Source of the DNA: the human T2T-CHM13v2.0 reference genome, Homo sapiens
Assembly (NCBI RefSeq): GCF_009914755.1
Contig: NC_060935.1
DNA: 64,000 nucleotides
Strand: one strand, 5' to 3'
Below are positions 13,913 through 29,626 of the stretch, in pieces; within the stretch, counting starts at the first letter, position 1, and each line of letters starts with the position of its first letter. The translations under genes and the position numbers were made by a program. The notes under the pieces were generated by a model. It was not told the DNA's origin and ran no database searches. It saw only the letters and a program-made list of their open reading frames with translations.

Positions 13913-15271
13913 CTGTTGAAAGATAGAAATTATGATTGTTTATAGAGAGATAATAATCACAGAGATAAATACATGAATAACATGACATTGCATTTTCATT
14001 GAGTTCCATGAATTCAGAATTTGTGATAATTATGCTCACATTTAAAATCTATGACAAGAGGATCTGCTGAGCACATTAATAATGTAAATGAAATTATAAA
14101 GAAATTACTTTATTGAGAAAAGGTATTTATAAGCATGTAATTGCAATATAATAAAATTCCCTACTTTCTTACTCCTTTGACTTCTAAGTAATGCAGAGAT
14201 AGTTTTTCATGCTACCCTTTCAGGAATTCAGTTGGTTTTCACTGAGTTCTTACTATATTTTAACATTTTTATCATAGTATGGGCCCCTTGACATTTATGG
14301 TATAGTAGAGAGGATATTAAACATATAAATCCAAATACTTGATATTGAGACCTTGCCTACTTCTCACTTAACCTGACTTAGAATTCGAACTGTTTGATGT
14401 TTGGGTTACTCATCTGTAAAGTGGAGCTAAGAATTCATTCCTCAAGGGGCTAGTGTAAGGGCTACATGAAAATCATGTGTTACAAACCTTTCTGTACACC
14501 CATATAGTATGACCTTTTACAATTAACTATATAATGAGCCTGGGAACATTTTTCTTAAGATGACAATAACATGCTCATCTTCAGACACTTAAGGAGAGTG
14601 GCAGAGGGGAAAGGGAGAAGAGGAGGAGTCATCACAACAGCTTAACTCTAGGTTTTTTCAACCCCGATATATTATAATTTAAACATACATATTTTGATAT
14701 ACATGTTTTTAAGTACAACACATCTTTGGCAAAAATACTAATGTAACCAATTATTATTATTATATTTCTGGAGAAATACAGAGATTGGTACATCAACATC
14801 ATGAATGTGGACTATAAATTATGTAGAAAAGACTTTTTAAAAAATAAGCTTTATACCTATTTTACAGATGAAATAATAGGCTTGGAAAGCTTAACTAACA
14901 TATCCAAGATTTTCAGGTGAAAGTTTTGGTTCTCAGCTAAAGCAGAGCATCATCCTGGGCTGCAACAAATGTGTTCAAGTTTTGAGTGATTACTCCAAGA
15001 TGCCATCCAAATACAATACGCCATGACATCAAAGAGGTTAGGGAGAAAGCCACTCAAGTACCATAGTACCCAAAAGATCGAATAATAGTATCTATTATAT
15101 ATATATATATAATCAAGATGCTTTATGGTTTAACCGTCTAAATTAATGTTCGACTAAGCAGGTTAGCAAAGACCCTTCTAACCCTCAGCTGCCTAACTCA
15201 TTATGTAGAAACATAACCTGAATTAATACTTTCATTACAATTATAAAAATCATATGCAGACAATACCTTCA

Positions 15272-15502
<231 letters not shown>

Positions 15503-15550
15503 TCATTTTCCACATTTAAATGCAAACCTGCTACCACTTTAGCACTTCAC

Positions 15551-16519
15551 TGTGGGGGGAGGATTACCTAGGTGCCGAGGCAAGAGACTGAAGGTATAAA
15601 CTGTTTCAGTATAATGAAAAAAATAGCTAGAATAAGAATAGTCATAATACAACTTAGATATAGAGATGATCATGGACAATTATCAATCACTATTATAAAC
15701 ATTATTAATCATTAGCTTTTAATATTACTCTTTGTTGCATTACGAATATAACCTAGGAATAACCGGCGGGTATGGGGTCAGCTGCTGAAGGGACATTGTG
15801 AGAAGTGATCTAGAAGGCAAGAGGTGAGCCTTCTGTTATGCCGGCACAAACGCCGCTTGAGGGCTCCTTGGTCAAGTGGTAATGCCAGTGTCTGGGAAGA
15901 CACCCATTACTTAGAAGACCGCGAAAGGGAGTCTCCTTTCCTTGGAGGAGTCAGGGAACACTCTGCTCCACCAGCTTCCTGTGGAAGGCTGGATATTATC
16001 CAGGCCTGCCCGCAGTCATCCGGAGGCCTAAACCCCTCCCTGTGGTGCTGTGCTTCAATGGTCATGCTCCTTGTCCACTTTCATGTTCCTCCTGTACTCC
16101 TGGTTCCTCTTTGAAGTTCACAGTAGACAGCAACAGAAGAAATAGTGAAAGTCTTAAAGTCTTTGATCTTTCTTATAAGTGCACAGAAGAAAACACGGAT
16201 GTATGCGCCATCTCTCTCTCTGTTATCGGCTACCTAAGAGGGAAGGGTCCCCTGTCCTATGATCACGTGACTTGCCTCACCTTGTCAATCACTTAGAAGA
16301 TTCACCCTCCTTACCCTGCCCCCTTGTCTTGTATGCAATAAATATCAGCGCGCCCAGCTGTTCGGGGCCACTACCGGTCTCCGTGTCTTGATGGTAGTGG
16401 TCCCCTGGGGCCCAGCTGTTTTCTCTTTATCTCTTTGTCTTGTGTCTTTATTTATTACAATCTCTCGTCTCCGCACACGGGGAGGACACCTGCCAAGTCC
16501 CGTAGGGCTTGACCCTACA
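15551..16519 (+). mobile_element. Solo ERVK-class LTR (LTR13A-like)
   Basis: TG...CA termini (tgtgggggga...gaccctaca), 969 bp, perfect 6-bp TSD CTTCAC (15545-15550, 16520-16525), AATAAA at 16337-16342, many retained CpGs. Confidence 0.9.
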
Positions 16520-17730
16520 CTTCACTATAAGAACTTAAGCGCTACCCAATTTTATCCAGACTTATAATTGGTGATTGAGGTGATGACAAAGAATCTTACA
16601 GGATTATTCAGTGAATATATGAAACAAATATCATATTTAAAAATATCTGCATCTGAGTAAGTATGAACTTTAGTTCAAAATAAAATAATACATTAATATT
16701 GGTTCATTAGTTGTGATATATGTACCATATTAATATAAAAAATTAACAATAGGGAAAACCAGGTGTGGAGCATATTTAACAAAATCTGTATCATCTTAGT
16801 AACTTTTCTGTAAATCTAAAACTATTTGAAAATGTCTATTTAAAAATATTTCCAATCATTGAAAAAAATTAAAACACAAAAGTAAACAGATGTCCTATAC
16901 AAATATACTAGAGGAATAATAACTGCATGGCTTAGAGCTACTTTTCTCCTTAAATAACCATCTAATATCGATATGAAATAAATTATAATTACAATGTTAC
17001 AGACATTTCTCCTGAAATCACTATAGTGTTCTAAAAGAACCTAATACTTCAAGATTTTCTTTTACCTAAAAAGAAAAAAGTAAAAGTAACAAATAAATTT
17101 TGTTAAGTTTTGTTTCTGATTTTGAAGTAACAAATAAATTTTCCAGAAAGTAGAATGTTTATATAAGAACAGATTCTTTACAATGTTAAGCTAAAAGCAA
17201 CCTAATGTTATCCAATGTATACCTTTCATATTGCAAAACAGGAAATTGAAGCTAAGCATAAAGTGAAATGATTTGACTAGGGTCACAAAGCTAGTAGTTC
17301 AAAGAGCCAGAAATAGGTCCTAGTTCCCCCAATTCTCAGTAGCAATGTGCTTCCACCATAGCAGTCTTTCCCAAACAGTGTGAAATATGCACTGCTGGTG
17401 CTATTTTAAGTGATTTTACATGTACAAGACATATATTAAACATTGACTCACAAATGACTCAATAGGAGTCATTATTAAAAAATTATAGATTAGTTCATAT
17501 GGCAAAAATCTTATGAATGGCTTAAGTTTACAAAATCCGTCTCTGTGTCATGCTGTCTGCTTACAAGTTTGAGATTTTAACTCAGAATATAAAAGACATC
17601 TTGCTTTTGCAATCTTCATGTGATTTCAGTAATTTGCCTTTTTTTAAAAAAAAAACCTGCTCCAATTATTTTAATATACTTATTCTAAATCAAAGGTAAC
17701 ATTTTGAACAGTTTAACAAGCCAAAGCTTT

Positions 17731-18517
17731 TTTAAAAAAATTAAATTTAATTTTTTAATTATATTTTAAGTTCTGGGATACATGTGCAGAACGTGCAGGT
17801 TTCTTACATAGGTATACATGTGCCATGGTGGTTTGCTGCACCCATCAACCTGTAATCTACATTAGGTATTTCTCCTAATGCTATCCCTCCCCTAGCCCCC
17901 ACACCCCCTGACAGGCCCTGCCTGGCGTGTAATGTTCCCCTCCCTGTGTCCATGTGTTCTCATTGTTCAACTCCCACTTATGAGTGAGAACCTGCTATGC
18001 AGTGTTTGGTTTTCTGTTCCTGTGTTAGTTTGCTGAAAATGATGGTTTCCAGCTTAATCCATGTGCCTGTAAAGGACATGAACTCATCCTTTTTCATGGC
18101 TGCATAGTATTGCATGGTGTATATGTGCCACATTTTCTTTATCTAGTCTATCATTGATGGGCATTTGGGTTGGTTTCAAGTCTTTGCTACTGTGAATAGT
18201 GCTGCAATAAACATAGGTGTGCATGTGTCTTTCTAGTAATGATTTATAATTCTTTGGGCGTATATACCCAGTAATGGGATGGCTGGGTCAAATGGTATTT
18301 CTGGTTCTAGATCCTTGAGGAATCGCCACACTGTCTTCCACAATGGTTCAACTAATTTACACTCCCACCAACAGTGTAAAAGTGTTCCTATTTCTCCACA
18401 TCCTCTCCAGCATCTGTTGTTTCCTGACTTTTTAATGATCGCCATTCTAACTGGCATGAGATGGTATCTCATTGTGGTTTTGATTTGCATTTTTCTAATG
18501 ACTAATGATGAGCTTTT
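17731..18517 (-). mobile_element. 5'-truncated L1PA (L1PA7/8-like) with ORF2 C-terminus and 3'UTR
   Basis: ORF 18233-18532 is L1 ORF2 C-terminus ([11 protein letters not shown]...[18 protein letters not shown] zinc knuckle); poly-T tail at left; 25-bp TSD. Confidence 0.95.
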
Positions 18518-19163
18518 CGAACAGTTTAACAAGCTAAAGCTTTCGAGTATGGTTTAACTTAAATTGCCATATTATAATTTTTTTGAAAGGATGTCATTTT
18601 TACAAATATCTATGTTGTGAAATACACTGTGTTCTAGGTAAGCACTTCTGGCATATGGTATATGTAAACTATATTTAAATATGCCCAGAAGCATCTAGTA
18701 AACATTATCTTATTAGGTGATTTCATGACATTTTATAACTTAAACCCCCCTTAAAAAAAAATCAACACTCTTTAATACTTAACCCTATTTTATAATATAT
18801 AAAATACTAAACAACAGAATTTAGTTTTTAAAAATATGGTTAGTTTGTCTTCATGCCAATTTAATTAACATGTTTGCTGTGTAGTGATCACTTTAAAAAC
18901 CAAGTTCAAAATAAGTGATGAGAATGTACCATAAAATATTAACTATCAATCTGGTATTCATTACTTTCTATTTAACCAATTCTCATTATAAAACTGGAAA
19001 TTAAAAAAGAAATAAAAATCAGTTTAATACACTAGGTTTTCTGAGGTCTTTGATCTATATATTAACATTACTGATATACCCTTGAAATGTGATATATATC
19101 AGACCTTTAAAACAAAATCATATTAAATAGTATCTTTCTTATCTATTTCAATATTTCAAACTA

Positions 19164-19457
<294 letters not shown>

Positions 19458-19897
19458 TTAATAGAGCACAAAATCAAAATTATTTTCATTTTAAAAAACA
19501 ACTGAACAAGGTATAATCTAATTGATATTTAAGAGCACTATAAGTAATCACTATAGCTGAGAAAAATATAAAAATGAAAAGACTTTCTATATGTGTACCA
19601 GAGGAAAAATAACTCTTGACTTGATAGAAGATCAAAACTTCCATTTCTATTCTGGTACCCCTTGAACCAGGACATGGAATTATCAGAGGTGATGGTTAGA
19701 AACACAGGTCCTATAGAAATAACGTTCCTAAGAAAAAACCAAAGCTACTCGTTAGAATGCCTTGTATGTATCTAGAGATTGCCCCTCAAGGGAAGCTGAA
19801 TTCGAATCTTGATCCAAACTGAAGAGTAAATTTATTCTAATCCCCCAAACCTGTATATGTCCTCATAATTAAAATATCATATATAAAAAAGATAGTA

Positions 19898-20357
19898 CAG
19901 TCTTGCATCACTTAACAACACAGCTACTTTCTGAGAAATGCACTGTTAGGTGATTTCCTCATTGTGAAAATATCATAAATCAAACATGAGAGAAAATGAT
20001 AAAATCCACAGACTTGGTAAACAGAATGTAGCAGACTGCTTTTGGGGTAATAAGTAGGAGCATACTCTAAAATAACAATAAAAAGTAAATACATAAACCA
20101 GTAACACAGTCATTTATTACCAAGTCTCATGTACTGTACATAATTGTATGTACTATATTTTCATATGACTGGCAGTGCAGGTTCGTTTACACCAACAACA
20201 CCACAAACATTTGAGTAATGTGTTACGCCACGACATTATGATGAGTATGACATCACTAGATGAATAGGAACTTTTCAGCTCTGTTGTAATCTTATGGGAC
20301 CACTGTTGTATATGTGGACTGTTGTTGACTGAAATGTCGTTATGCGGCACATGACTA
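19898..20357 (+). mobile_element. Tigger3-family non-autonomous DNA transposon
   Basis: TA|CAGTCTTGCATCACTTAAC...GTCGTTATGCGGCACATGACT inverted termini. Confidence 0.8.
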
Positions 20358-21271
20358 TACAGTAAAGTCTACTTGTCATTTTCAACTGCCTAGTAAAGCA
20401 TAATTTATTCAAATATTTTAAGCTACTCTGTAAGGATTATCTGAACTACATTAGGTGGCAAACAAAAGATGAGGAAAGTAAGATATTACTTAATTATAAA
20501 CCCATTTATTAAATTGTTTTATAAAGCAGGATCTAAGATATTTCAGAGACATCTCAGTTTCACAGAGAAACATTTCTCTCAAGACTATTAATAACCGAAG
20601 AGTTAGTGGTAAGAACAAAAAAGATTAATGAAATTTTTGTTGACCAGGGACTATATGAATGGTTTGATTGCCTTCAATATCAATTCTTTCAACTATAACA
20701 ATTTCTTTCTTATAAGATGTATCTCAGATGGCATAATACTAAAAGAAGCTTTATATTATCATTTGGGTATTAAAAGGACTAGAAACTATAAGAAATAATA
20801 GCTATTAACCTATGCTTTAGCTCTTTCTGGAATTGTATTCCTAAGACTTACTGTGCCAACTGAATCATACTTCCTTAAGGAATGCGACTATTTACATGGT
20901 CCTTATGGTGAAATCTTTTAAAGATGAATCAGTATGTTCCCAAATTATTAGTTCTACAAGTCTAGATTTATAGAGATAAGTTTTACTGTGAATATAAGAT
21001 TATTTATTGGAAAGATTAAATATTTTCAGCAAAAACAAAACTTTTATTACTACAACTTTATCCTCCTGTATGTTTACAAAGGTAGAAATTTTGTATTTTT
21101 GTTTTAAGCATCTCAATTATAAATACTCTTGGTGACAGAAACTTTTCAAAGCTATAAAGGAAAGTACTGACAAGTGAAGTCTACAGACAGATTTTTTTCA
21201 CATGTATGAAAATGATGATTCATGAATTTAGCTTCATTTATTTTAAATCCAATTTTAAGAGTGATAGTCTA

Positions 21272-21421
<150 letters not shown>

Positions 21422-21670
21422 TTAAAAATCAGCAATATATCTTTAAATTTTTCAATAAATGTTCAAAAAACAAAAAGATTTAAAGGTAAAAGAAAATGTT
21501 TTCTATAAATTCAATCCTATTAAATACTAACTTTGTCTCATCTGCTTAGTATTGTGTGTGTTTATATGAAGAATAAAAGATAAAATCTAGTTTCTCAGGA
21601 GTGGAGTCTATTGAGTAGAATAATATGACATTAAATGTTCAAGCAGATTTTTGAAAGAAAAGCTCACTCA

Positions 21671-21790
21671 TTGGGAGGCTGAGGCAGGCAGATCTTGAGC
21701 CCCAGAGTTTGAGACCAGCCTGAATAACATGGTGAACTCCCGCTTTCTACCAAAAATACAAAAATTAGCCAGTCTCATAGCCCGGTCACA
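21671..21790 (+). mobile_element. Partial Alu left monomer
   Basis: ttgggaggctgaggcaggcagatc...aaaatacaaaaattagcc; tail converted into a microsatellite. Confidence 0.8.
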
Positions 21791-21848
21791 AAATAAATAA
21801 ATAAATAAATACATACATACATACATACATACATACATACATACATAC
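21791..21848. repeat. (TAAA)n(TACA)n microsatellite
   Basis: Directly visible tetranucleotide runs. Confidence 0.95.
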
Positions 21849-22062
21849 GTAGATTAAAATTTAAAAATAAAATTTAAAAAATGTTTTTAAAAAGTTCACT
21901 CTATTTTAAAAGAAAACAAAATAAGACTAAAAATATACCCTAATCATTTAAATTCTGTACCTCATTAGTTTTTTTTCTCAAACAGGATGGAAAGTAAGTG
22001 CATGGCTGGTGAAAATAGCTTAATAGTCACATTTGCTATTCTAACAGGGAAAAAGATGTTTA

Positions 22063-22197
<135 letters not shown>

Positions 22198-22396
22198 TTA
22201 GCATTGATGTAAAAAAAAAAAATGGTGATTACATCACACATACACTGCTAATTTAAAGTTATTAGAATTTTATCCTAAAGACAAGCAGCACCTCACTTTT
22301 ATTCACCTCATACCTTCGATCTCATGTTGCCATTAATTTTCTATCATTCCAGAAAATTGAAGAGTTTGATTACCTAGGTTTGAAATTGAAACTTAA

Positions 22397-22777
<381 letters not shown>

Positions 22778-23029
22778 CATTTTCTTATTTTCAGGAAATG
22801 TATGGAACACACGGTACTGGGAAACTCTGGGAAATGCAGGTTGTATGGAGATGGCATGGTTCTTACTGTGGAAGATATCTATTATTTCACAATGTCCAAG
22901 TAGTCCAAACTTTTGAAATTTTAGAGCTTAAATGTTACAGAAAACCCATACCAAGGACAGGTGGTATTTGTTTCGGTTATCCTTCAATTACATTAATTTT
23001 GACATATAATTACTAATAATAAATTTCAA

Positions 23030-23155
23030 AAGGAGACCCATTTGAATGATGAGGGAACTAAGACTCTGAGAGGTTAAATGATTTGTCCATGGTCATAAAG
23101 GTATTAGCAGAGTAGGAACTGGAGCCTAGACAGCTTCACTCTACTGCATCATACT
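23030..23155 (-). mobile_element. MIR fragment
   Basis: gatgagggaactaagactctgagaggttaaatgatttgtccatggtca core. Confidence 0.7.
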
Positions 23156-23591
23156 GAATACATATCTGTAGTTTATATCTCTGGCCATTTTTTAAAAAGT
23201 AATTTTTATAAGTAACACACATTTCTATGTAGTACTAGTGACCCGATTTTATGAATTTATTAAAGGTATAAAGTTTATTACTTGCTAACCAAATGACAAT
23301 TACAACTATTACTGACAAGATTTAAGAAAAAAAATAACAAAATTTAGTCTCTAAAAAATTATTTTGTGTTATTTCCTTCTGTGTTCTAATAAGTAGCTCA
23401 TAGTGATAATTCATTGCTGGTACAATTCTCTACAATGAATGATAGGCATTAGAATGTAATAAACCCTTAAAAGTAGTAAAATGATAATATGAAGAAATAT
23501 TTTTAAATCATATCTTTTTGATGAGCAGCAGTCACTTTACTATTGCTTCCCCTTACCCACTTCAATCATAACAAATCAAAAATTAGAATAA

Positions 23592-23762
23592 TTGTTCTCA
23601 AGCTGGTCTATGTATGACACTCACCAAGGAGCATTTAAAAAACACAGATGCCTCAGCCACACCCCAGACCTACTAAATTAAAATATCCCAAGTGTGAGGC
23701 CTAGGCCTATTTTTAAAAAGTTCTATAGGCAATTCTGGTGCACAGCTTGAGTAGAAAACCAT
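23592..23762. mobile_element. MER5-type hAT MITE
   Basis: gttctcaa...cagatgcctcagccacaccccagacctactaaatta...ttctggtgcacagcttgag..gaaaacca. Confidence 0.65.
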
Positions 23763-24239
23763 ATTATACACTGCCTTATCATTAATAATATGAAAGTAGA
23801 TTAAAAGAAAAAATAAAAATTGTGAAAATAACCAAACTTCAAAATTCTCCCAGTTATAAAAAGGATCTAAGGAAAAAATAATGAATGCTGGCACCCTCTT
23901 TTCCCAATTGAGTTCAGAACAATTCTTTTCATAGTTAACCAACCAAAGAAAATGAGTTTTACTTCTTTTTTATCTATAAGTTCTAATGAAGAAATTTTTA
24001 GCAACATATATGATTTTAATCAATCTTTGGAAGAAATTCTCAGTAGGGACCAAACTACAAGATGTTAATAAGAGAGAAATTTTATGGCACCAGAAATAAA
24101 TAGGCAATGAAATCAGGGTTTTTATGTTTCTGCACTGGTTTCTGAAACACTATTTGAATGCAAAGTTAGAGTGTCTGCCACTTAGTTACCATTTGTTGAC
24201 TATTAAGAGGGTAGAAGGCCTCAAAGAATGATGGGGTAT

Positions 24240-25155
24240 TTCAAAAGGACACAAGAGACAACATGAAGAAGTCTCAACTAGCCAAATCTTACACAATTTG
24301 AACATACAAAAAATGATTACAGAAAGGGATTATAATCTATTCAATAAAGTAAAAATGCAGGAGGCTGATATAATAAGGGGAAAACTCTTCCTTATAGTAG
24401 AAAGTCAATAAAGAAATGTACAAGAAATGATGGAATTTAAAAATCACCATCATCTACCATCATAATAGTAATTGATTCAGTCACCAATCATCAGTGGATA
24501 CTAATAACAATAGATAAAAGTTTGAGGAGTAAGGAATATTTACATTGTCTACATACATAGTACTTACTAATTATAAATGGTAAAACGTATCTTCAAAGTG
24601 GAGAAACTCTACAGACCACAGCATAATAAAACTGATCAAAGTTAACATTCCCAGTATGGGGACTAATCAACGGCTTAAGCCTTTTTTGATGCAGTAAGAA
24701 GTGAACATCACTTTGCTTGTGTTACTGTCAGTGCATAATCTGAATCTAATCATGATAAATCCAAACTAAGGATTTTTATGGCAGTGTTATAAAAGACAAA
24801 AAATTACAGATTAAGGAGACTAAGATATAACAACTGAATACAATTTTCTTTTACAATAAAGGGTATTAATGAAATAACTAGCAAAATCTCACTAAGATCT
24901 ACAGATAATTATATTGTATCATTGCTAATTTCCTGATTTTGGTACCTATTTAGCAGTTATTTTTAAAAAGTCCTGTTTTTACAAGTCTGCAACCTAGCTC
25001 AGAAAGAAAGAAATGTATACACACACATAGAAAGCAAATGCAGTAAAATGCTAACATATGGGGGATCTGTATGAAGGGTATCTGGAAGTTCTTTGTACTA
25101 TTGTTGCAACTTCTCTATAAGTCTGAAATTTTGCCAAAGTAAAAAAAAAAAAAAA
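24240..25155 (+). mobile_element. Old L1M (L1ME/L1MC-like) 3' end
   Basis: Ends in gttctttgtactattgttgcaacttctctataagtctgaaattt plus A tail, typical of L1M 3' ends; left boundary approximate. Confidence 0.65.
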
Positions 25156-25306
25156 TTAACAGAAAAAGATGCATAACAAATATTCAAGACAAGGAATTTT
25201 AATGATTTTATATATTCACCGGAAAACTCTTATATAATAAAATCATTTGTATGAATCATGTCAATGATTTCCCAAAACTATTGATTAATCTAAATTCCCA
25301 ACTTAC

Positions 25307-25464
25307 CTCCAGATATGAAACTGCAGTACTACATATTTTCTCTTCTTTAATCTCATCCATGCATTTGTAAAGGTGTAACATTGTTAGATACATCACTCCA
25401 GGTTCATCAGCTGATCCTAGCATAGTGTGGGTCTTCCCAGCACCAGTGGCACCATAGGCAAGTA
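25307..25464 (-). CDS. KIF18A: KIF18A exon 3 (158 nt, P-loop)
   Basis: (V)[52 protein letters not shown] with Walker A GATGAGKT; cag/gtaagt. Confidence 0.98.
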
Positions 25465-25539
25465 CTGAGTTTTTAAGAAAGGGATCAAAACTCTTTGTTA
25501 TGAAATATAACTCTATTATATCTACTATCTAGTGGATAG

Positions 25540-26265
25540 TTCCATCTGGATATCCTGAACAGTATCTTTAAACCCTACAAATCCAAAATTATAGTCTTAT
25601 CCTTAAAACCTGGGAATGTTACCACAAATCTACTCTTACTCCTATGTTCTTTACTCTGATAAATGGTATCACTACCCCCGGCCCCCCACTCTAACAACTA
25701 CTCTTTCAAAGCAATCTTAAAATCTCCCTACAGATTAGTCTTCATCTTCCATCTTCTTTATCCTTTGCAATTTGTAGTCATCTTTATGAAAAAGAAATTG
25801 GAATACGTTAAACCTTCTTAATTGTTCCAGGTTTACATAAGTTCAAATTCCTCACTTTGGAATATTATAAAGCACTCAGAGGGTGCCTGCTTATTTTGCC
25901 AGCCTACTGCTTCCTTGCTGTGATCTAGGGATACTTAATTATTCAATACTCTCAGCATTTGCTGCTCCTTTCTACTCTGCTGTCTTTGTTCTGAGGAGTC
26001 CCTCTACTTGATCCAGCTGGAAAACTTCCACCTGCTTCTAAATGCTCAGCACAAATATCATTTTTCTCTGCCTTCCCTCATTGTCCTAGGCAGACACATC
26101 CACTCTTTCACTTCAGCCCTTAGTATATGCTGCATATCCACATCCCTCTCTTCTGGCATGTATCACACTGTATTTCCAATTGAGTGCTCCACCAAGGCAG
26201 AGGCCATGTATCCTTATCACCTAACAAATCACTTGCCACAAAGCAGGTACTTGAATAAATACCAG
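25540..26265 (+). mobile_element. L2 LINE remnant
   Basis: Degenerate L2 3' region ending cacaaagcaggtacttgaataaat. Confidence 0.6.
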
Positions 26266-26391
26266 ATAGATGCCATTTATAAGATTCCTTTTTAAGTTTT
26301 TGTTTTAGGTGAATTACTTTGTTTCCTAGATTCTATTCAGTACAAGAAAGTCATGTGAATTTCTTCCAATGTATAAAAAATCCACTCTGTG

Positions 26392-26951
<560 letters not shown>

Positions 26952-27682
26952 TATTGGTTGAAAATATTTTTATAAATTCAATCTGTCTGCTAAACCAAAT
27001 GTTAACAAACCACAAAAATACTTTTCAGTAGGATGAATTAAGATGGTGTATATTTTACTTTGTTCTATTTTATGTAAGCTGGTATATAAGGAAGGTTTAA
27101 AATGGCTTATTCTTAAGCTTATTCTTAAGCTGTCTTAAAGACAGGGTAAGAATATAAAGAAAGCCAAAAAGAAACCAAAAATTCAATAGTAGTTTGATAG
27201 AGAGTCTACTTTTTTTCTTAGAGTTAAGAAGATTTCAAAATCTCTAGAGACATATGAAGTTTCATGAAAGAGGAAAAGAATATCTTCTTAAAAATGGGAA
27301 TCACAGTAGTACCAATCAATAAACCACACTCCATCCTTACTTGATCAAGAGGGTATGTCTTCCATGATAAAACTGAAATGAATCAGGAAAAGACAGTGAA
27401 ACATGTTATAGTTGTGAGCTGTCTTGGGGAAAATATCATAAATACTAATAATTACAAAAATAAGATATTAATAATGGTGTTTAGTGCCTGGTAGGCACTG
27501 AAAAACTGGCCATTTTGCATCTTGGGTATCTCTCTCTCTCTCTCTCTTTTTTTTTTTTTAAAAAGGAAATCAACATGGCTTTCTTGAAAGGCCAAAAAAA
27601 GCACTAAAGATGCTTCTTGGGCTAACAATGAGCTAAAGGGCATGAGATAATTAACATGGGATCTTAACACTTTTACCCCCTT

Positions 27683-27840
27683 TCCAATTTTTATTTTAGG
27701 TTTGGGGGTACAGTGCAGGTTTGTTACATGGGTAAATTGCATGCTGCGGGGTTTAGTGTACAGATTTTTTCATCACTCAGGTAAGGAGTGTAGTACCCCA
27801 TAGGTAGTTTTTTGATCCTCAGTCTCCTCCTATCCTTCGC
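27683..27840 (-). mobile_element. Short L1PA/L1PB 3' end
   Basis: gggggtacagtgcaggtttgttacatgggtaaattgcatg L1 3'-terminal signature. Confidence 0.8.
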
Positions 27841-28176
27841 CAACTTAAACATTTTTATTTCAATGTGCCATGAAGAAAAACTGCTGAAAAGAAACTGTCA
27901 AATGTTCAGAAATGTCTGACTACTCTCCAGGAATAGATAATTACATAGGTAAGCTGTAGGAAAAGTTATAAATACAGGTTATGAGAAAACTGATGTTAAT
28001 TGCAATAAGCATGTGGTTTAATAACATAGGCAACTGAAAGGACAGATGTCTATAGGGGCCACAGTAAGGCCCTGGAAGAGAAAGGTTTACAAATGATGTA
28101 TAAGTTATATATGATAACTAAAATTTCAAAGTCTATATTTACAGTTCAAGTCTATTGAATTTCTTAAGAATTTTTA

Positions 28177-28617
<441 letters not shown>

Positions 28618-29626
28618 TTATCTTGATTCCTATCTGTATAAATACTTGAATACTTCTCTGAAATTAAAAAAGAAAATAAAGTTTTAATATCAGTTTTTAC
28701 TTTCATGCAAAACAACTGGCATGTAGTATTCATTCAAAAAAGATGTTAATAATTCTGTTTCACTCACTAGGTAAACACTGGGGGAAAAATACATACATAC
28801 GTAGGCACACACAACACACACACACAAATATATGCACACATACACACATATGCACTTAAGTACCCTAAAACAAACAATTAAATGGCACATACGTACACAC
28901 AACTACGATAAAAATCTCTTTACCTGAAATATTAGTAGGATATTTGGCTTAAACTCAAATACTATAGCTGAACCATATATAATCACAGATATGCTATCCT
29001 AAAACCCAGATTTGATTTTCACAAGCCCTCCAGCACTATTTCAGCTTAGGTCATGGGAATGAATAGAAAAGGATCTCCCAGAACCATATCAAGGTATGAT
29101 TGGAGAGCCTTAGCTTGTGAACTATTTTTAGTAAAAGTGATCTTGGCTGCAAGCCCCTTGGCCGTGGAAAGTGATACACCCAGGCTGGTCTCTACCTGTA
29201 TCTCAGAAGCCCATAGGGTTAAAAATAGTTCCAAGGATGCATTCAACTAGATAGCTCAGGTCTGAAGGTGATAGAGATGGCATAGACTCCTTGGTGTATT
29301 CAGAGACCTAGTCTCTGAATATTGATCCTACTCTCTGCTTTCTAATTGTGTGCAAGTTTAAGGAATCAATGATAGCAGGTTTAAAAATTATGGTCTGATT
29401 TTATGACTGGTTCACATGCAAAGAAGAAAAGTAAAGTAACAAAGATCAATAATTTGGAAGTCTCAACTATCCAGAAAATACTCTAGAATCTGCAGACCCA
29501 AAAACCAAAACAAAAAAACAAACAACAACAACAACAAAAAGACAAAAAAAAAACCAAACCACAAAACAAAATAAAACACCCCAAAACAACAAGATCTGAG
29601 TAAGGACCAAAAGGTGAGACTTAGGA

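Noticed and set aside
18233-18532. 99-aa Cys-rich ORF
   Set aside because: L1 ORF2 C-terminal remnant in a truncated element.
27105-27131. 12-bp tandem repeat (also short duplications at about 31333-31363 and 31801-31842)
   Set aside because: Ordinary small slippage duplications with no further structure.
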